From Cyanophora paradoxa CCMP329 (Eukaryota > Plantae > Glaucophyta): DNA of 64,000 nt. Positions 24,393 through 36,950 of this stretch are shown one piece after another; position 1 is the stretch's first letter, and every line of letters starts with the position of its first letter. The stretch covers positions 124,001 to 188,000 of the forward strand of contig QPMI01000453.1 in NCBI GenBank assembly GCA_004431415.1. The letters are read 5' to 3'. A program made the position numbers and the translations under genes. Below the pieces are notes generated by a model that had not been told where the DNA came from, made no database searches, and saw only the letters and a program-made list of their open reading frames with translations.

Positions 24393-24884
24393 TCTAGCTC
24401 TTCGTGGCTCTCCCATGCATTTTCTTCCATTCGAATCGCCCTTTCCAATTCCAGTACCGTCCACACTTTGCAGAGATGCACTCACAGTGCGCGGGCTCGT
24501 GGATGGGGGCCGACGGGGCCATGATCATGAAAGCTCATATGCATGCACCGCCGCGGACGCTAGCGCTATATCCATCACAGCTGCAGGCGCACGGCCTATG
24601 CTTCAAGTTTGCAACTCTACCCCCGGCCCAGCTGCAGCCTGCAGCTTCAGTGCTGCATCAAGTGAAAGCGGCTCCTCGCCGAGACGACCACTGAGCGCGG
24701 GTGCAGCGCACGCAGCTTGAATCACCCCGCGTGAAGCCACGTGCAAGTTCACCGCTCGCGCTTCGAGGACCTGGCGGCGCCTAGCGAGCGATCCGAACTT
24801 GTGTGCTTAGCTCTAGTGCCGTCGTTCGATTTGGAATCTACGCAGCAATCTACTCGGCGGGCCCTGACCGCGCACCCGCAGGAC

Positions 24885-25533
24885 ATGGGAAGCTCGAGGG
24901 AGGTGAACCTGCAGCTGTGGAGAGAGGGGCGGACGGAGTGGCCGGCGACGGAGATCTCGCTGGCTGGGCCGGAGAACGTCAGTGAGCTCGACCTCAGCGG
25001 GAACGAGCTCACGAGCATCCCGGGGGCCGAGCTCGCTGAGCTGACGAACCTGGAGGTGCTGCGGTTGGATGGCAACTGGCTGACGGCGCTTCCGCCGGAG
25101 ATCGGACGCCTTGCGGCCCTGCGGGAATTGCATGTGGGCGGTAACCGCCTGACGACGCTGCCGCCGGAGATCGGGCGCCTCGCGGCCCTGCGGGAGATGC
25201 ACGTGGGCAGCAACCGGCTGACGGCGCTGCCGCCGGAGATCGGACGCCTCGCCAACTTGCATAAGCTGTTCGTGCACGGCAACCCCGTCCTGGACTCGTG
25301 GCCCGAGCCCGTCCGTCGCGCCGTCAACAACAATACGAACTACGACGGAGGCGAAGCGCAATGCACCGCTGTCCTCTCGTACCTCCGCTCCCTCCCCGCT
25401 CCGACTTCCGCGGTGCGCCTCCCACGCCCGGCCGCCCCTGCCGCCCCGCCCTGACCACATCCGCGCGCAGCCAGCCGCCGCCGCCCCGCCTGCCCCCGCC
25501 GCTGCCGAGGCCCGCAAAGCTCCGGCTGTGTAA
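24885..25533 (+). CDS. Small leucine-rich-repeat protein (~5 LRRs); possible upstream exon
   Basis: Repeats of LxxLxLxGNxLTxLPPEIGRL; acceptor ccgcag just before the ATG; one intron then TAA at 25531-25533. Confidence 0.8.
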
Positions 25534-26530
25534 AGCTACCGTCCGACGGTCCCCTCGACTCCCGTAGATTCTGCCGCCCCCGCCGCTGCTTGCGCTCCAG
25601 CCCCCGCCGCCGCCCGTCAGCAGCGGGGCCGCCCCCGCCAGCGTTCGCTCAACCAGCCAGGCCGGATCCAACCCTCGTGTCCCCTCCCTCACCGGCCCAG
25701 ACCCCGGGTCCGAAGAGAGCCACCCTCGCGGTGCCCGTACCCCCCACCCCTCCCCCACCCTCCCGCGCGCTCTGATCATTGCTGTTCTTCAACAGGGGTC
25801 GATCCCCGGCGTCGCTGCCCAGGCATGGCTGGAGGGCTCGGATGAGCCGGGCCGCCCCCGGTCGCCCATGGCCAGCACTGCGCCGTTACGTATACCTTCG
25901 CCTGGAGGCCCGCGGCCGCCTCGGCTCCCGCTCGCCAGCGTGTACTGTAGCAGTAGCGCTCGACACTTTCGATCGCCTTCCCAGCCGCCGAGCTGCAGGC
26001 TGCCGCCTGCGGCCTGCCGACGGCGCTTACGTCTACTTGTACATGTACTAGATAGGATTTAATTAAAGAGCATGCGCAGTGCAAGCGTGCTATTTGCATT
26101 CCCCTGCAGCTAGCGCTGGCCCAGTGGGTCCTGCTAGTGCTGCCCCGTCGTGGCCGCCAGTGCTAGTGCCGGCGGCGCTACGATTTACGCAGGCGACCGA
26201 CCGAACCGTCCCCCCTCCGTGCCCCGCCGCGCTGACGATCCGGAGGGGGAGGGCGGGCTGCCGGGCGCCCCATGGCCAGGCAGGGCTCTGTCTGTTCGAA
26301 TTCGCTAGCTATAGTACTAAATGTTCACCCCTCGCGGTGTAGCCCTCGACAGCACGCATCTAGACAGCGCCCCCTCCCCAAGCCCACGCGCACCAAAGCG
26401 TAACCCCCGCCGCTCACGATCGCCCCCCTTTAGTCCGGTGCGTTGCGAGGAGGAGACTGATGGGGCAATCTCGCATTCGAACAGAATCGAATCCAGTGGC
26501 GGTGGGCTGGCCCTCCTCGCGAGAGGACGC

Positions 26531-27969
26531 TTAGGCGGTCTCAGCGGCCTTCTCCTCAGCCGGGCGGGCGACCTTGGCGCCAACCTCCTCGGTGACGTCG
26601 CCGTGCAGCTCCATGAGCTTGGACACTGCGGCGCGGCGCGCGTGAGGAGGCGAGGGGGGCGGCGGCGGCGGCGGCAGAGCAGCAGCGGTCGACGCGGGGC
26701 GGAGCGGGGGGCCGCACCGTCGAACTTGGGCATCTTGAGCATCTTCACCTTGCGGATGTAGACGTTCTGGAGGGGGTAGATGCCGTGGCACGCCTTCTCG
26801 ATCTCCTTGCCGATCATCTCGGGCACGCTGCGCCCCGCCGATCAGCGTCCGTCCACGCTGCTCGGCGGCACTCGGCAGTCTCTAGGCGGCCCGGTGCGGC
26901 GCTGCCGGGGAGCGACCCGAGCGAGGGCGAAAAGGAACCAAAAGGACTCACAACTTCTGGACGAGCTCCTTGAGGTCGGAGGTGGTCGCCTCCTTCGTCA
27001 TGATGTCGATCATCTGCAGCGCGAGCGCGCGATCAGCACGGCAACAGGCGAGCTGCAGCGCCGCGATCGAACCTTCTTGCGGATCTGCTTGATCTGAGAA
27101 GTCTGCGCGTAGCAGGTCTTCTTGGCCTGGTTCGGGCGCTTCTTGGTGAAAGCGATGGCGAACAGACGCAGGATGTAGCCATCTGCGCACGCGCACGGCA
27201 CGGTCAACGACCGAGCCAGCAGCTGCAATCGCGACTAAGCTGCCCCGGCTGCCTCCCCGCCGCCAGCTGCAGATAAAGCGGTATAGCTGCACTGAAAGGG
27301 GCCAATAGCTGCGTCCAGCTCCGCGCCCAGCCCGCTGCACAGCTCCCGCCGCCAACTATGCCTGATCCCGCCCGAGCTGCAGAACGCGCTGACCAGTGGT
27401 CTTCACATCGACGTGGGCCTCGATGAGAGTCTGCCACTTGCGGACGAGCGAGCGGATCTTGTCCGTGGTGAAGTCCATCCCGTAGAAGTTCAGGAGGCAG
27501 GCGCGGCCCTGGACATCCTCGCAGCGGAGCTTCATCTTACGGAACGCCTGATCCTCATCCTTGTTGAGGTCAGCAAGCGACACCTCGAAGATACGGCCCT
27601 TGAGCCCCTCAGAGGCGATCTCTGCGCGGCGCGCTCGCGATGAGCGGCGGGAGCGCGCGGGAGGGTGCGGCTTGGCGAGCGGGAGCACGCTCGGGCCGGC
27701 CGCTATAGAGCCGCTGTAACTAGGCATATAGCGGGCGGGGCGCACTGGTGCCGGTGGTACGGGTGACGAGGGTCTTCCCGACAGTGCGCTGGGAGAAGAC
27801 CGACGGGGCCTTAAGATCGTACCAGTCCTTACGCGAGAACGGGTCGATGCTGCGCAGCGCGGCAGCGCTCCGCGTGAGCTAGGCCGAGGTCAGACCGAGA
27901 TCGGACGCACATCTTCTTCTTCGTGCCCTTCTTGCCCTTGGTAAGGCGCTTGTTCTTCCCGACCGCCAT
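26531..27969 (-). CDS. RPS3A: 40S ribosomal protein S3a (eS1), 7 coding exons
   Basis: [80 protein letters not shown]; all six introns GT-AG. Confidence 0.98.
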
Positions 27970-30005
27970 CTGCGCCCGCTGTGAGCCAGGCGCGAGGAGA
28001 CCCGGCGCTGTGTTAGGTCGCACGTTGCCCCGAATGACGCACCAACACCGCGAAACCACGTACCCCTTTTGCGGGCCTTGCTGAACACTTCAAGGCAGAG
28101 ACGGCATCCGAGACACTGTCAAAGCGCCGCGGACGAGACGCCGCCCGATGGCCGGGCCGTGGCGGCCTGCAGTGTTGAGGCTGCACAGTGAAGCGCGTGC
28201 ACAGGAACGAACGTCATTCGGCTCGTTTTACGCAGGTGAGCTTTCTGGCAGGCGTAGAAAGCCCTCAGCTGGTGCGCTTGCGGCCGGCTGGCCGGCCGCA
28301 TCTGACTGCTCTCGCTGCAGACGGTTGGGGGGCGCTACCGGAGCTCAGCGCGGCGCGTCAGCCGCGAGCGCCTCGCAGCGCGCGTTTACGGATAGCGCTT
28401 GCCTTCCCGCGGCCTCTCCGGTCGACGTCCCGCGAACGTCGTCCAAAGTGGAGCAGCCAGCTGCCGCGGCCAGCGCCACTCTTCGCGCGTCATTCGCGTT
28501 AGCGTTTCGCTGCCTTCTTTACCAGGATCCGTTGCAGCTGCCAGGCCGCAAGAGCAAGACCGTAGATGCATGAATAGCTTACCTTTGCTCACGATTGATG
28601 GGCAAGTCAGGTGTGCTCCCCGCGATTGAAGCCTTCAGGATCTTCTTACAGGGGTCTTCCGAAGCCAAGCTCCAGCCCCGCCCATGGCCGAGCGCGTGCG
28701 TTCTCCTTCCGTCCCCTCCACCACAATGGAGGGAGAGCTGGTTGATCTCACTCAAACCTCAATCCCTCCAGGAGGAGGAGGGCGGCGGCAGGCGAGAGCT
28801 GGCGGGAGCATGCGGGTTCCCCTAGACTCTAGATCTCCAGCAGGGCTTGCCTGCCAGGTCGCCCGCCGGCAGCTGGGCCGACCCCCCAGCGTCCCCTCCA
28901 CTCCGCCGCCCAGTCCGGCCCGGCCAGAGGGCGAGTCGATGCTGCGCAGCCTTCGGATCCTTCCTCGTCGTACCCATCGGCATCCTCTACGTTCGCAACC
29001 CCGCACCCCTCCCCCGCCCCGGCCGATCTCACCGTACCCCGCCCCGGCCGATCTCACCGTACCCCGCAGCATCGATGTGCGAGTCCGTCCCGTTCCCGTA
29101 CCCCCTTCCTGTCCGTCCTTCGGGCCCCGGGTCCCCTTTCCTTTTGTTTCCTCGCTATACCCTTTCCTCGTTAGACACTTTCGTACGCGGCCCCGCGCCG
29201 TAACCCCCCCCCCCCTCCCCCCTCCCTCCGCCCCCCCCCCCCCCCCCCGCGGCTCCCCCCTACTTATACCAGCAGGCGATTATTGTCAACCTCCTCTCTA
29301 TGCGCTTCAATCTAGAAACCCCCTTTGCGCTCCCGATTGCGTACCCGGGGGCACGCCGTTCACGGGGGTACACCCCTCCCGCAGGTCGACGTCGACCCCG
29401 CGCGCTCTGGCCTGCTGGCGGGATAGATCGTCTCAAGGGGCCCGTACCGTTCCACGTGGGGCGGCTGGAGCCTTCGCGAGACACGCCGCCCGCCTGCGGC
29501 CCCCAGCCTCTGCCCGGCGATGCCGCGCGGCGCTAGGTCTGATGCCGCGCGGCGCTAGGTCTATAGCTTCGAGCTGCGATTCTCGAGCGTCGTGCATCGC
29601 GCGGCGCGGCCTTCTCTAGCGCTTCGCCTTCCTGCCTTCTAAACCTCTTCTCGGCCGGCTCTAGATCTGCAGCTGCAGCGCTAGCGCGCCTCCAGCACTA
29701 GTATTGTGTCCGGCGCCCGCGTGCCCAGCTAGCTAGCTCAGCGCCTAGCGCTCAGCTATAGGTAAGATCGTGTGCATTTGCTGTACAGCGTTTGCGCATG
29801 CAAGCAACAACGTTTTTCCTGTGCGCGGACCAGCGAGGCCTCACGCGCATGGTCAGCGCGGATCGACGGCCGGACCGGGCCGGGCCGCTGCGCATGCGGC
29901 GCGGCCGCGCTAGCGCTAGCGCTGAAATTTGATCCCGGATGGGGGGGGATGAAATCAGCCGGTGCTTCGGTACCCCGTTCTTGTCGAAGTGACGTAGTCT
30001 CGAAG

Positions 30006-32671
30006 ATGAGGCTCGTCGTGGGCGACGAGACAGGCCTCTTAAAAGGTACACGACGCTTCTTATCTAGCTGACAGAATCGTGCCGCGCCCCGCTCGCCATG
30101 CTGAGGCGCGACGGGGTCTGCAGTCGTGTCGGTGGAGGATGGGCGTGTAGTTCGAACGGTGGGATCGCAGCAGCGCGATTACGGCGTAGAGTGCATGTGC
30201 TGGGCCGACGCGCGCCCCGAAGAAGACCCGACGTTGGTGCGTGGCGCGCAGCGCGATCCCGGTGTGCGCACTAGGGATGAAACTCTAGCTGTATGCATAT
30301 GCGACCGCTTGTAGCACCCCCTGCGGCCCAGCGGGTCGCGATCGGCACCCCGGCGAGACGTGCACATCTTGACGGTCCTTCGGGCGCTGCGCAGGTCGCC
30401 GCGGGGCTGAAGAATGGAACGGTGCTGCTTTTCGACGCGTTCGACGAGTCTAGAAAGCCCGCGGTTCTCGGGAAGCCGACTGGCAAGAGCGTGCGCGGCG
30501 TCTGCGCGGCGGGCCGCGGCGATTCCGGCGGGTGCGCGACGCCAGCGGCCGCGCGCTCGGCCGGTCGGTCCCTGAAAGCGCCGCGCGCGCCGATCCCTGC
30601 AGGCGGCTCGCGGTCTGCTCGGAGGAGGGCGATCTCTCCCTGTACAGCGCGGCGCCCGATGCGCTCTTCGGCGGGGACGACGATCGCGAAGACGGGGGCG
30701 AGCCGCTGCGCAGTTTCAGCGTCGGGAAGCCCGTTTCGGTCATGCGCTCCAACGCCGCGGTGCGGGGCGCCGCGCTTGCGAGCGCGCGAGCGGGCGAGCG
30801 AGGCCGCGGCTGATCGGCGACGGTGCGGCCCGCTCGCAGGGTGCGGAGCTGGCTGTCGGCGGAAAGGAGCACGACCTGGAGGTGTACGACGTCGAGACGG
30901 GGCAGCGGAGCTTCCAGGCGAAGAACGTACCCGACGACAAGCTCCGCCTCCGCGTACCCGTCTGGGTCGCCGATGCGGCGTTCGTGCCCGGGGATCCCCA
31001 GCTGCTTGCGCTCGTCTCGGGGCACCGCCACGTGCGTCCTCCCTCCCCCGGGGCCGTCCAGGCCTTCCCCCCCCCCCCCCCCCCCCCCGCGCCCGCCCTC
31101 GCTGAACGGAGCGTCGTCCTCAGTACCGGCTGTACGACCGGCGGAAGCAGCGGCGACCGGTCGTGAGCGTCGAGGTCGGGGACAGCCCGTTCACGTCCCT
31201 CGCGGTCACTCCCGACGCCCGGTCCGCTGCTCCGCCCACCCACCCAGCCGCCCCCTTCCCGCCTTCCGCGCCCTCCCCGCCGCTCACTCACTGACCGCCC
31301 GACGCAGTATGGCGATCACCGGTGACGCCTCCGGCACCGTACGGCAGCTCGACCTGCGCACCGGTGAGCGCGTTCGACTTTAAGACGCCCGCCTCGAACC
31401 GCCTTGCGGGCCCCCTGGCCTGCTGAGCGACTCCGATCCCCTAGGGCCCTCGCCTGCCTGCCTGCCTGCCGCCCACCGCCCCCTCCCTCGCCTTCAGGGA
31501 AGGTGGCTGGCCATTTCAAGGGAGAGTTCGCCGGCGCCGTGCGATCGGTCGCAATCCACCCGCACGCGAGCGTCGTTGCCTCCGCTTGTCTTGACCGGTG
31601 CCTCCCGCCCGCCCGCCCGCCCCCCGCCCCACCGCATCCACTGACTGACCCCCGCGCCGCAGCTTTGTTCGGGTGCACCACTCGCAGACGCGGACAAAGA
31701 TCCTGAAGGCCCGCCGCGCCGTTCTGTCTACGCGTCTGCTTCTGCTGCTGCTCACGCCCGCGCAGCTGTACCTGAAGCAGAAGCTGACGGGCGTCCTGGT
31801 CTCTGGCGAGATGCCCCTGCCCACGCAGGCCTGCCCTGACCCTGCCGAGCGGAGCCGTGCGTCACCGCCGTCGTCCCCCCCATCCTCCGGCCCCCTCCGC
31901 GGCGCACTGAAGCGCGCGCCCAATCGCAGGGCTTGAGTTCTGGACCCCGGAGGGCGCGAAGGCGTACGGGAAGCTCAAGGCTGCGTTCGCGCGAACGAAG
32001 CAGGGGCGGGCGGCGGCGGCGGCGGCGGCGGAGGGCGCGGCGAAGCGGCGGCGCGGGCGCGAGGTCGACATGGACGACGAGAACGAAGGATCTGAGGCTG
32101 AGGACGAGGAGGGGAGCGAGGGGGCGGAGGACGACCCGTACGCGCAGCTCTTCGGCCCGGCCGAGGCGAAGGCCCGCGAGAAGGTAGTACCCCCCCTTCT
32201 GGCCTCCGCGAAGCATACGCTAAGCCAAACCGACTTTCGCTGCAGGCGGCCGCGATGTCTGCCGCCGCGCCCGTACCCCGGAGCAGGCCTGCCGACGAGG
32301 CAGGGGAAGAGGACGAGGAGGAAGAAGAGAACGACAGCGGCGACGCCGAGAGCAGCGACGGGGACGAGGAGGGCGGGGAGGAGGAAGAAGACGAGGAGAA
32401 GGAGGATAGCGGGGAAGAGGACAGCGAGGAGGAGGAGCGCCCCCCGGCCGCCCGCGCCGCCCGCGCCCCGAGGACCAGGGCCGGCAAGGGAGGGGCAGGG
32501 GCCGCTGGCGCCCCCGCGCCCGCGCCCGCGCCCGCGAGGAAGGGCGCGGGCGGCGCCAGGGCGGCTCCGGTCCCTGCCCCCAAGCCTGCCCCGAATCAGA
32601 AGAAGGGGGCCGCGCCGGCGCCGCGCCAAGCTGGGCCCGCAGCGATGAAGGGCGCCTCGAAAAGGCGATGA
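30006..32671 (+). CDS. WDR74: WD40 ribosome-biogenesis factor WDR74/Nsa1 with acidic C-terminal tail
   Basis: MRLVVGDETGLLK, LAVGGKEHDLEVYD, FQAKNVPDDKLRLRVPVW, RLYD..RKQRRPV, GAVRSVAIHP...SACLDR, YLKQKL. Confidence 0.85.
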
Positions 32672-34794
32672 CGATTTCACATTTATAAATTAGAGTTTGT
32701 CAGTGTGTACGTGTTCCAGATATATCCGATGATCGCGATCGATCGTGATATCGATGAATATCAACTTGCAACTGGCATGCGCAATCATAGCGCTGCCGCG
32801 GCCAGCGCCGCGCCGCATGCGCACCCGGTGACCTGCTTCGACTTCGTTAGGGCCTCCTCGAGCTCCGGGGGACTAGATCTAGAGCAGGGAGCTCGAGAGC
32901 GCGGCGCCGCGCCGCGCGCGGCGGCCGGGCGCCGGGGCGGCAACTAGCTCATGTCATAAAACTTGATCAGCGGTTCATTGTCATAAAACTTGAATTCGAA
33001 ATTAGGCATGTACAGAGGGGGCAAGGGGATCCGGAAGGGGGAGAGGGGCCGGGCCGGGGCCGGGGCACGGCGGCCGGGGGGGCCAGGGCCTTTAAGCTTC
33101 GATCGGGCCTTCGAATTCGATTCGCGTTCGACGATTCGGCCAGCGAGTCGGCAGCGACGTCGACGCCCAATTAACGTCAACGTGCCCTCCTCTTCCGAGT
33201 GCCGAGCCTCGGAGCTCGAGGGCTCATGATCACGATCACGGCTCTAGATCTGGGCCGAAGTGCCGAACATCAGGCGGCTGGGCTTGAAGTTCGAATTCGC
33301 GCGCCTCTCCGATCATGATCATGAGTCATGACTCGTGTTAGGTTGAGTCGTTTATCAATGTACATGTATTCTCATGTGAACTCTTGATCGAGGAGGTTTA
33401 ACCCTATTATCGAAACTCTGAAAGCTTTTTTTCGACAGATTCAGGCCCAATTTGCGGGCAATTTGTTTGACTTCGAATTCGAATTCGATCGATCGCGCTG
33501 TTAATCGTCTATAATCATATATAAATTAGAATTAAAATTGCCGGCGAACGGTCCGGATCCGTGCGCGGACCGGTACCGTCGGTACGTACTGCGTACCGCG
33601 CGATCGCGAAGTCGGGCTCTCAGCCGGCCTTAACTATATATGCATGCAGATAATTATAAATTATAGAAAAGCTATATACTAGCTAGCTGAAAAGCTATAT
33701 ATAGAATAGCATAAATAATTCTAGCTGTATCTTATATATAGTAATTCAAAATGATAATGCAATTGAAAACCGTCCGGTATATTACGGCGGTACCGGTACC
33801 GGTACCGCAATTGAAATTGCTTACAGGAGGTATGTATACGCGTGTGGTACCGTAGTACCGGTGAATCGGCGGTGATCTGAAATTTCGATCAAAGTTCGGC
33901 GAATCGATAATCGGCCGCGGCCGCGGGCCGGGTGATCACTGATCATGATATCTGGGCCTCCGATCGCGATCCGATCCGAAATCCGGATCCGGCGCCGGCC
34001 GTTCACCAGTTACTGGGGGGGGTACTAGCCTACAACTAGGGGTCTACGAAAGACGCGGCCGAATATTGATTTGAGGGCAACTTGGGCAAAGGACTTAACA
34101 GCCTTTACTAGCATGTTCGTCAATCATTATTATTGTCCGTTTCGCATCAATGCGCCATCCGACGTCATTGATACATGATCAATCATGAATCTTGAGCTCG
34201 AGCCTCCATCGCGATATAGATAGATTCGCGAGCTCCGAAATCAGACTCTATCAGAGGTCTTCTATTTATAATTGTGAATTATATTATTTCACGAATTGCG
34301 CAAACTCCGAACGTTAACTCTGCAATCCACCAGAAGCTCGATGGAGCTTCGTAAGCGGACGCGTGCGTAGCACTGCGTACGCGCACGCACTGCCACGCAG
34401 CGTCGCAGACGTCTTCGAGGGACTCGCGCGCGGGAATTTGGATCGATCGAATTCGAAGTTCCGAAGTTCAACATCTAGACCCTAGGGGGAGGCTTTCACG
34501 CTTTCCTGCATGCGCATGCGCATGGCACGCCGTTTGCGCCGCGGCGCAGCTTCCTGAGCTTCGCGGCAGCTGAGCTGCGGGCCGGCCTGGAATCCTAGCG
34601 CTCGACATCTATATGTGGATGCGCCTGCGACAGGTAGAAGCAGCTGCAGTCGATCTTCAACTTGGCAGGGAGATATAGAGAGCCAGGCCAAGCTTTGTAC
34701 GGCTTTGCGACAGCAGCTGCTTAGCTGCAGCGGAACTGATTCGCGTCGTTCCCGCGCCTCTCCGGAGCGGGATCGACGATTTCCCGAGGGGTCG

Positions 34795-36917
34795 ATGGAT
34801 TCGGAAAACACGGCAGTCGCGCCTCTTTCGATGGAGGCCAACCCGCCGAGCGAGCCCAGCGAGCACGTGGAAGGCGAAGTCGTCCAGGATGCGCCCAGCG
34901 AGCAGCACGCCGTTGACCTCGTCGGCAACGAGCACGTTCCGGACGTACCACCGGAGCCAAGTCCAGAGGCCTCGAGCGCGGCGCCTGCGGAGGCCTACGC
35001 CGCGCCTGCGGAGGCCTACGCCGCGCCTGCCGAGGCCTACGCCGCGCCCGCGGAGGCCGGCACCGCGCCTGTGGAGGCCGGCACCGCGCCTGTGGACGCC
35101 TACGCCACGCCTGCGGAGGCCTCGAGCGCCGCGCAGCCGCCAGCGCTTCGCCTTCCGGCCTTCCAGCTTCCGGCTTTCGACGAGAACGCGAACGTCCCTG
35201 CGTTCGCCCAAGGAGGCCAGCTGCCGCCGCTCTCCTCCCTCGGCGGCTCTATCAGCATGGCATTCCCCGAAGCCCATGCTCAGCACGCTCAGTTTGGCTG
35301 GGGCGCCACGAACAAACCCAGCCGGCCTCCAGAGGCGGCGCAGCAGCCTGCGTCCTCCGCTGCTGCCCCCTCCGGTCCCCCGCCCGAGGAATCTGGCCCC
35401 ACAAACGAACACGACGAGCCTCGGCGCCCTCGGGAGCGCACCCGGAAGCGCTCGCAGGGAGCGCGGCAGATGAGGCGCGACGGCGAGAGTGACGGTGAGG
35501 GCCGCCATCAGCGGCGTGAGCATATCGAAAACGACGACGGCAACGACGGCTTCACGCTGTGGCAGCAACTTGAAAGCCTCCCTCCGTGCGCACCAATCTT
35601 GGGCTTTCGCGCCTCGTCATTAACTTTCCGCGTGCAGCGGATCACAGCCGACCTTCGTGCTTCTGCATCGCGTGGGGGCCTCCTCGGCAGCTCGTGCGTT
35701 AGATTGACGTCCCGTGCATATGTGCTCGATCCCTGCGCCATAGCCCGACGCGTGCCGGGCGCAGCTTTCGTAGAGGTGCCGTACGAGCCCTCGCCGGACT
35801 CGCCCGGAGTCGGCGGCGTCCCCTCCGGCCCCGGCATCCGCTACACCCTCCTCACCACCAGGTGCGCCTTCCGGCGCGCGCGCCGCACCGGCCCCCTGCG
35901 CGAGCTTACGGAGCGCGCGGCTCCTGTTGCGGGCGGTGCGGGGCGCAGGCAGTACAAGCTGCGGCTGAACGACATGAGGCCAGAGTGGCTGTCGGCGTGG
36001 TCCGGCGTCACGCTTCGCGTCTCTCTCGCCTACAAAGGTGTGCATTTCGCTAGCTAGCTCTGCGATCCGTTGCAAACGACCGCCCCGCCCCGCCCGCGCG
36101 CGCGCGCAGACGACGGGTCCTCCGTGCTGCACGCCGTTCGCCCCGACAAGCCAGCGAAGTACGGGCGCATGCGGCGGCTCCGGGAGATGCAGATGGCTGC
36201 CATGCGTGCGCTCCCTAGCCGGCCTAGCTAGCCGGCGGCTCGCTCAGACGCGCTCGCTCGCTCGCTCGCTCAGGTGAGGCGTACGAGGCAGGGCAGCCGT
36301 GCTCGATGGAGGACATCGAGGGTTCGGCCGACTGGATGCCGCCCGCCGCGGACCCCGGACCCCTGCTCGAGTTCGAGGCGTCGTCCGCCGCCTCCTCGGC
36401 CGCGTTCAGGAACGCCCGCCAGTGCCGCAAGGTGCGCGCCGCGCGGCGCCGCGCCGCTTCGGGTCCGCCGCCCTTCCCTTTCCTTACCCTGCGTGCGTGT
36501 GCGCAGGTGATTTTTACGCTTGGCCCCAACGGACAGTCCGACGGCACTTTCGGGATCGTCGCCTCCACGGTAAGCACCTAGGTCCAAGCTAAGCTAGAAA
36601 GGGACCCCGCGCCCCTCGCTTTCTTTCGATCTCGCGTTTTCTCTCTCTGGCTACGCGCTATGTTAGAATTCTCCTCGTCGTCTCCCGCGCTTGGCTTAGC
36701 CTGTGTACCCCCCCCTTCGTTCGCAGTTCCGGCACGAGCGCCGCCCCTTCGTCCTGAGAGTCGAGCTGGGCGGGCACCCGGGAGACGCGCCGCGCGCGGC
36801 CTTCGCCGGGCGCATCGAGATCGTCACTCGCGCCCACAAGGGCGGCCAGGGCGGCGGCGGAGGCGGCGCCGCCGCCGACCGCGCCGCCCTCGCCGTCCTC
36901 GGCAACTCACCCGTCTC

Positions 36918-36950
<33 letters not shown>

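Noticed and set aside
27183-27392. snoRNA in the longer RPS3A introns
   Set aside because: No C/D box pair or convincing H/ACA structure seen; only repeated gcagct words.
28148-29620. Gene divergent from RPS3A (ORFs 28148-28573, 28684-29619)
   Set aside because: Some splice-like signals and short direct repeats, but no recognisable protein and no coherent exon chain.
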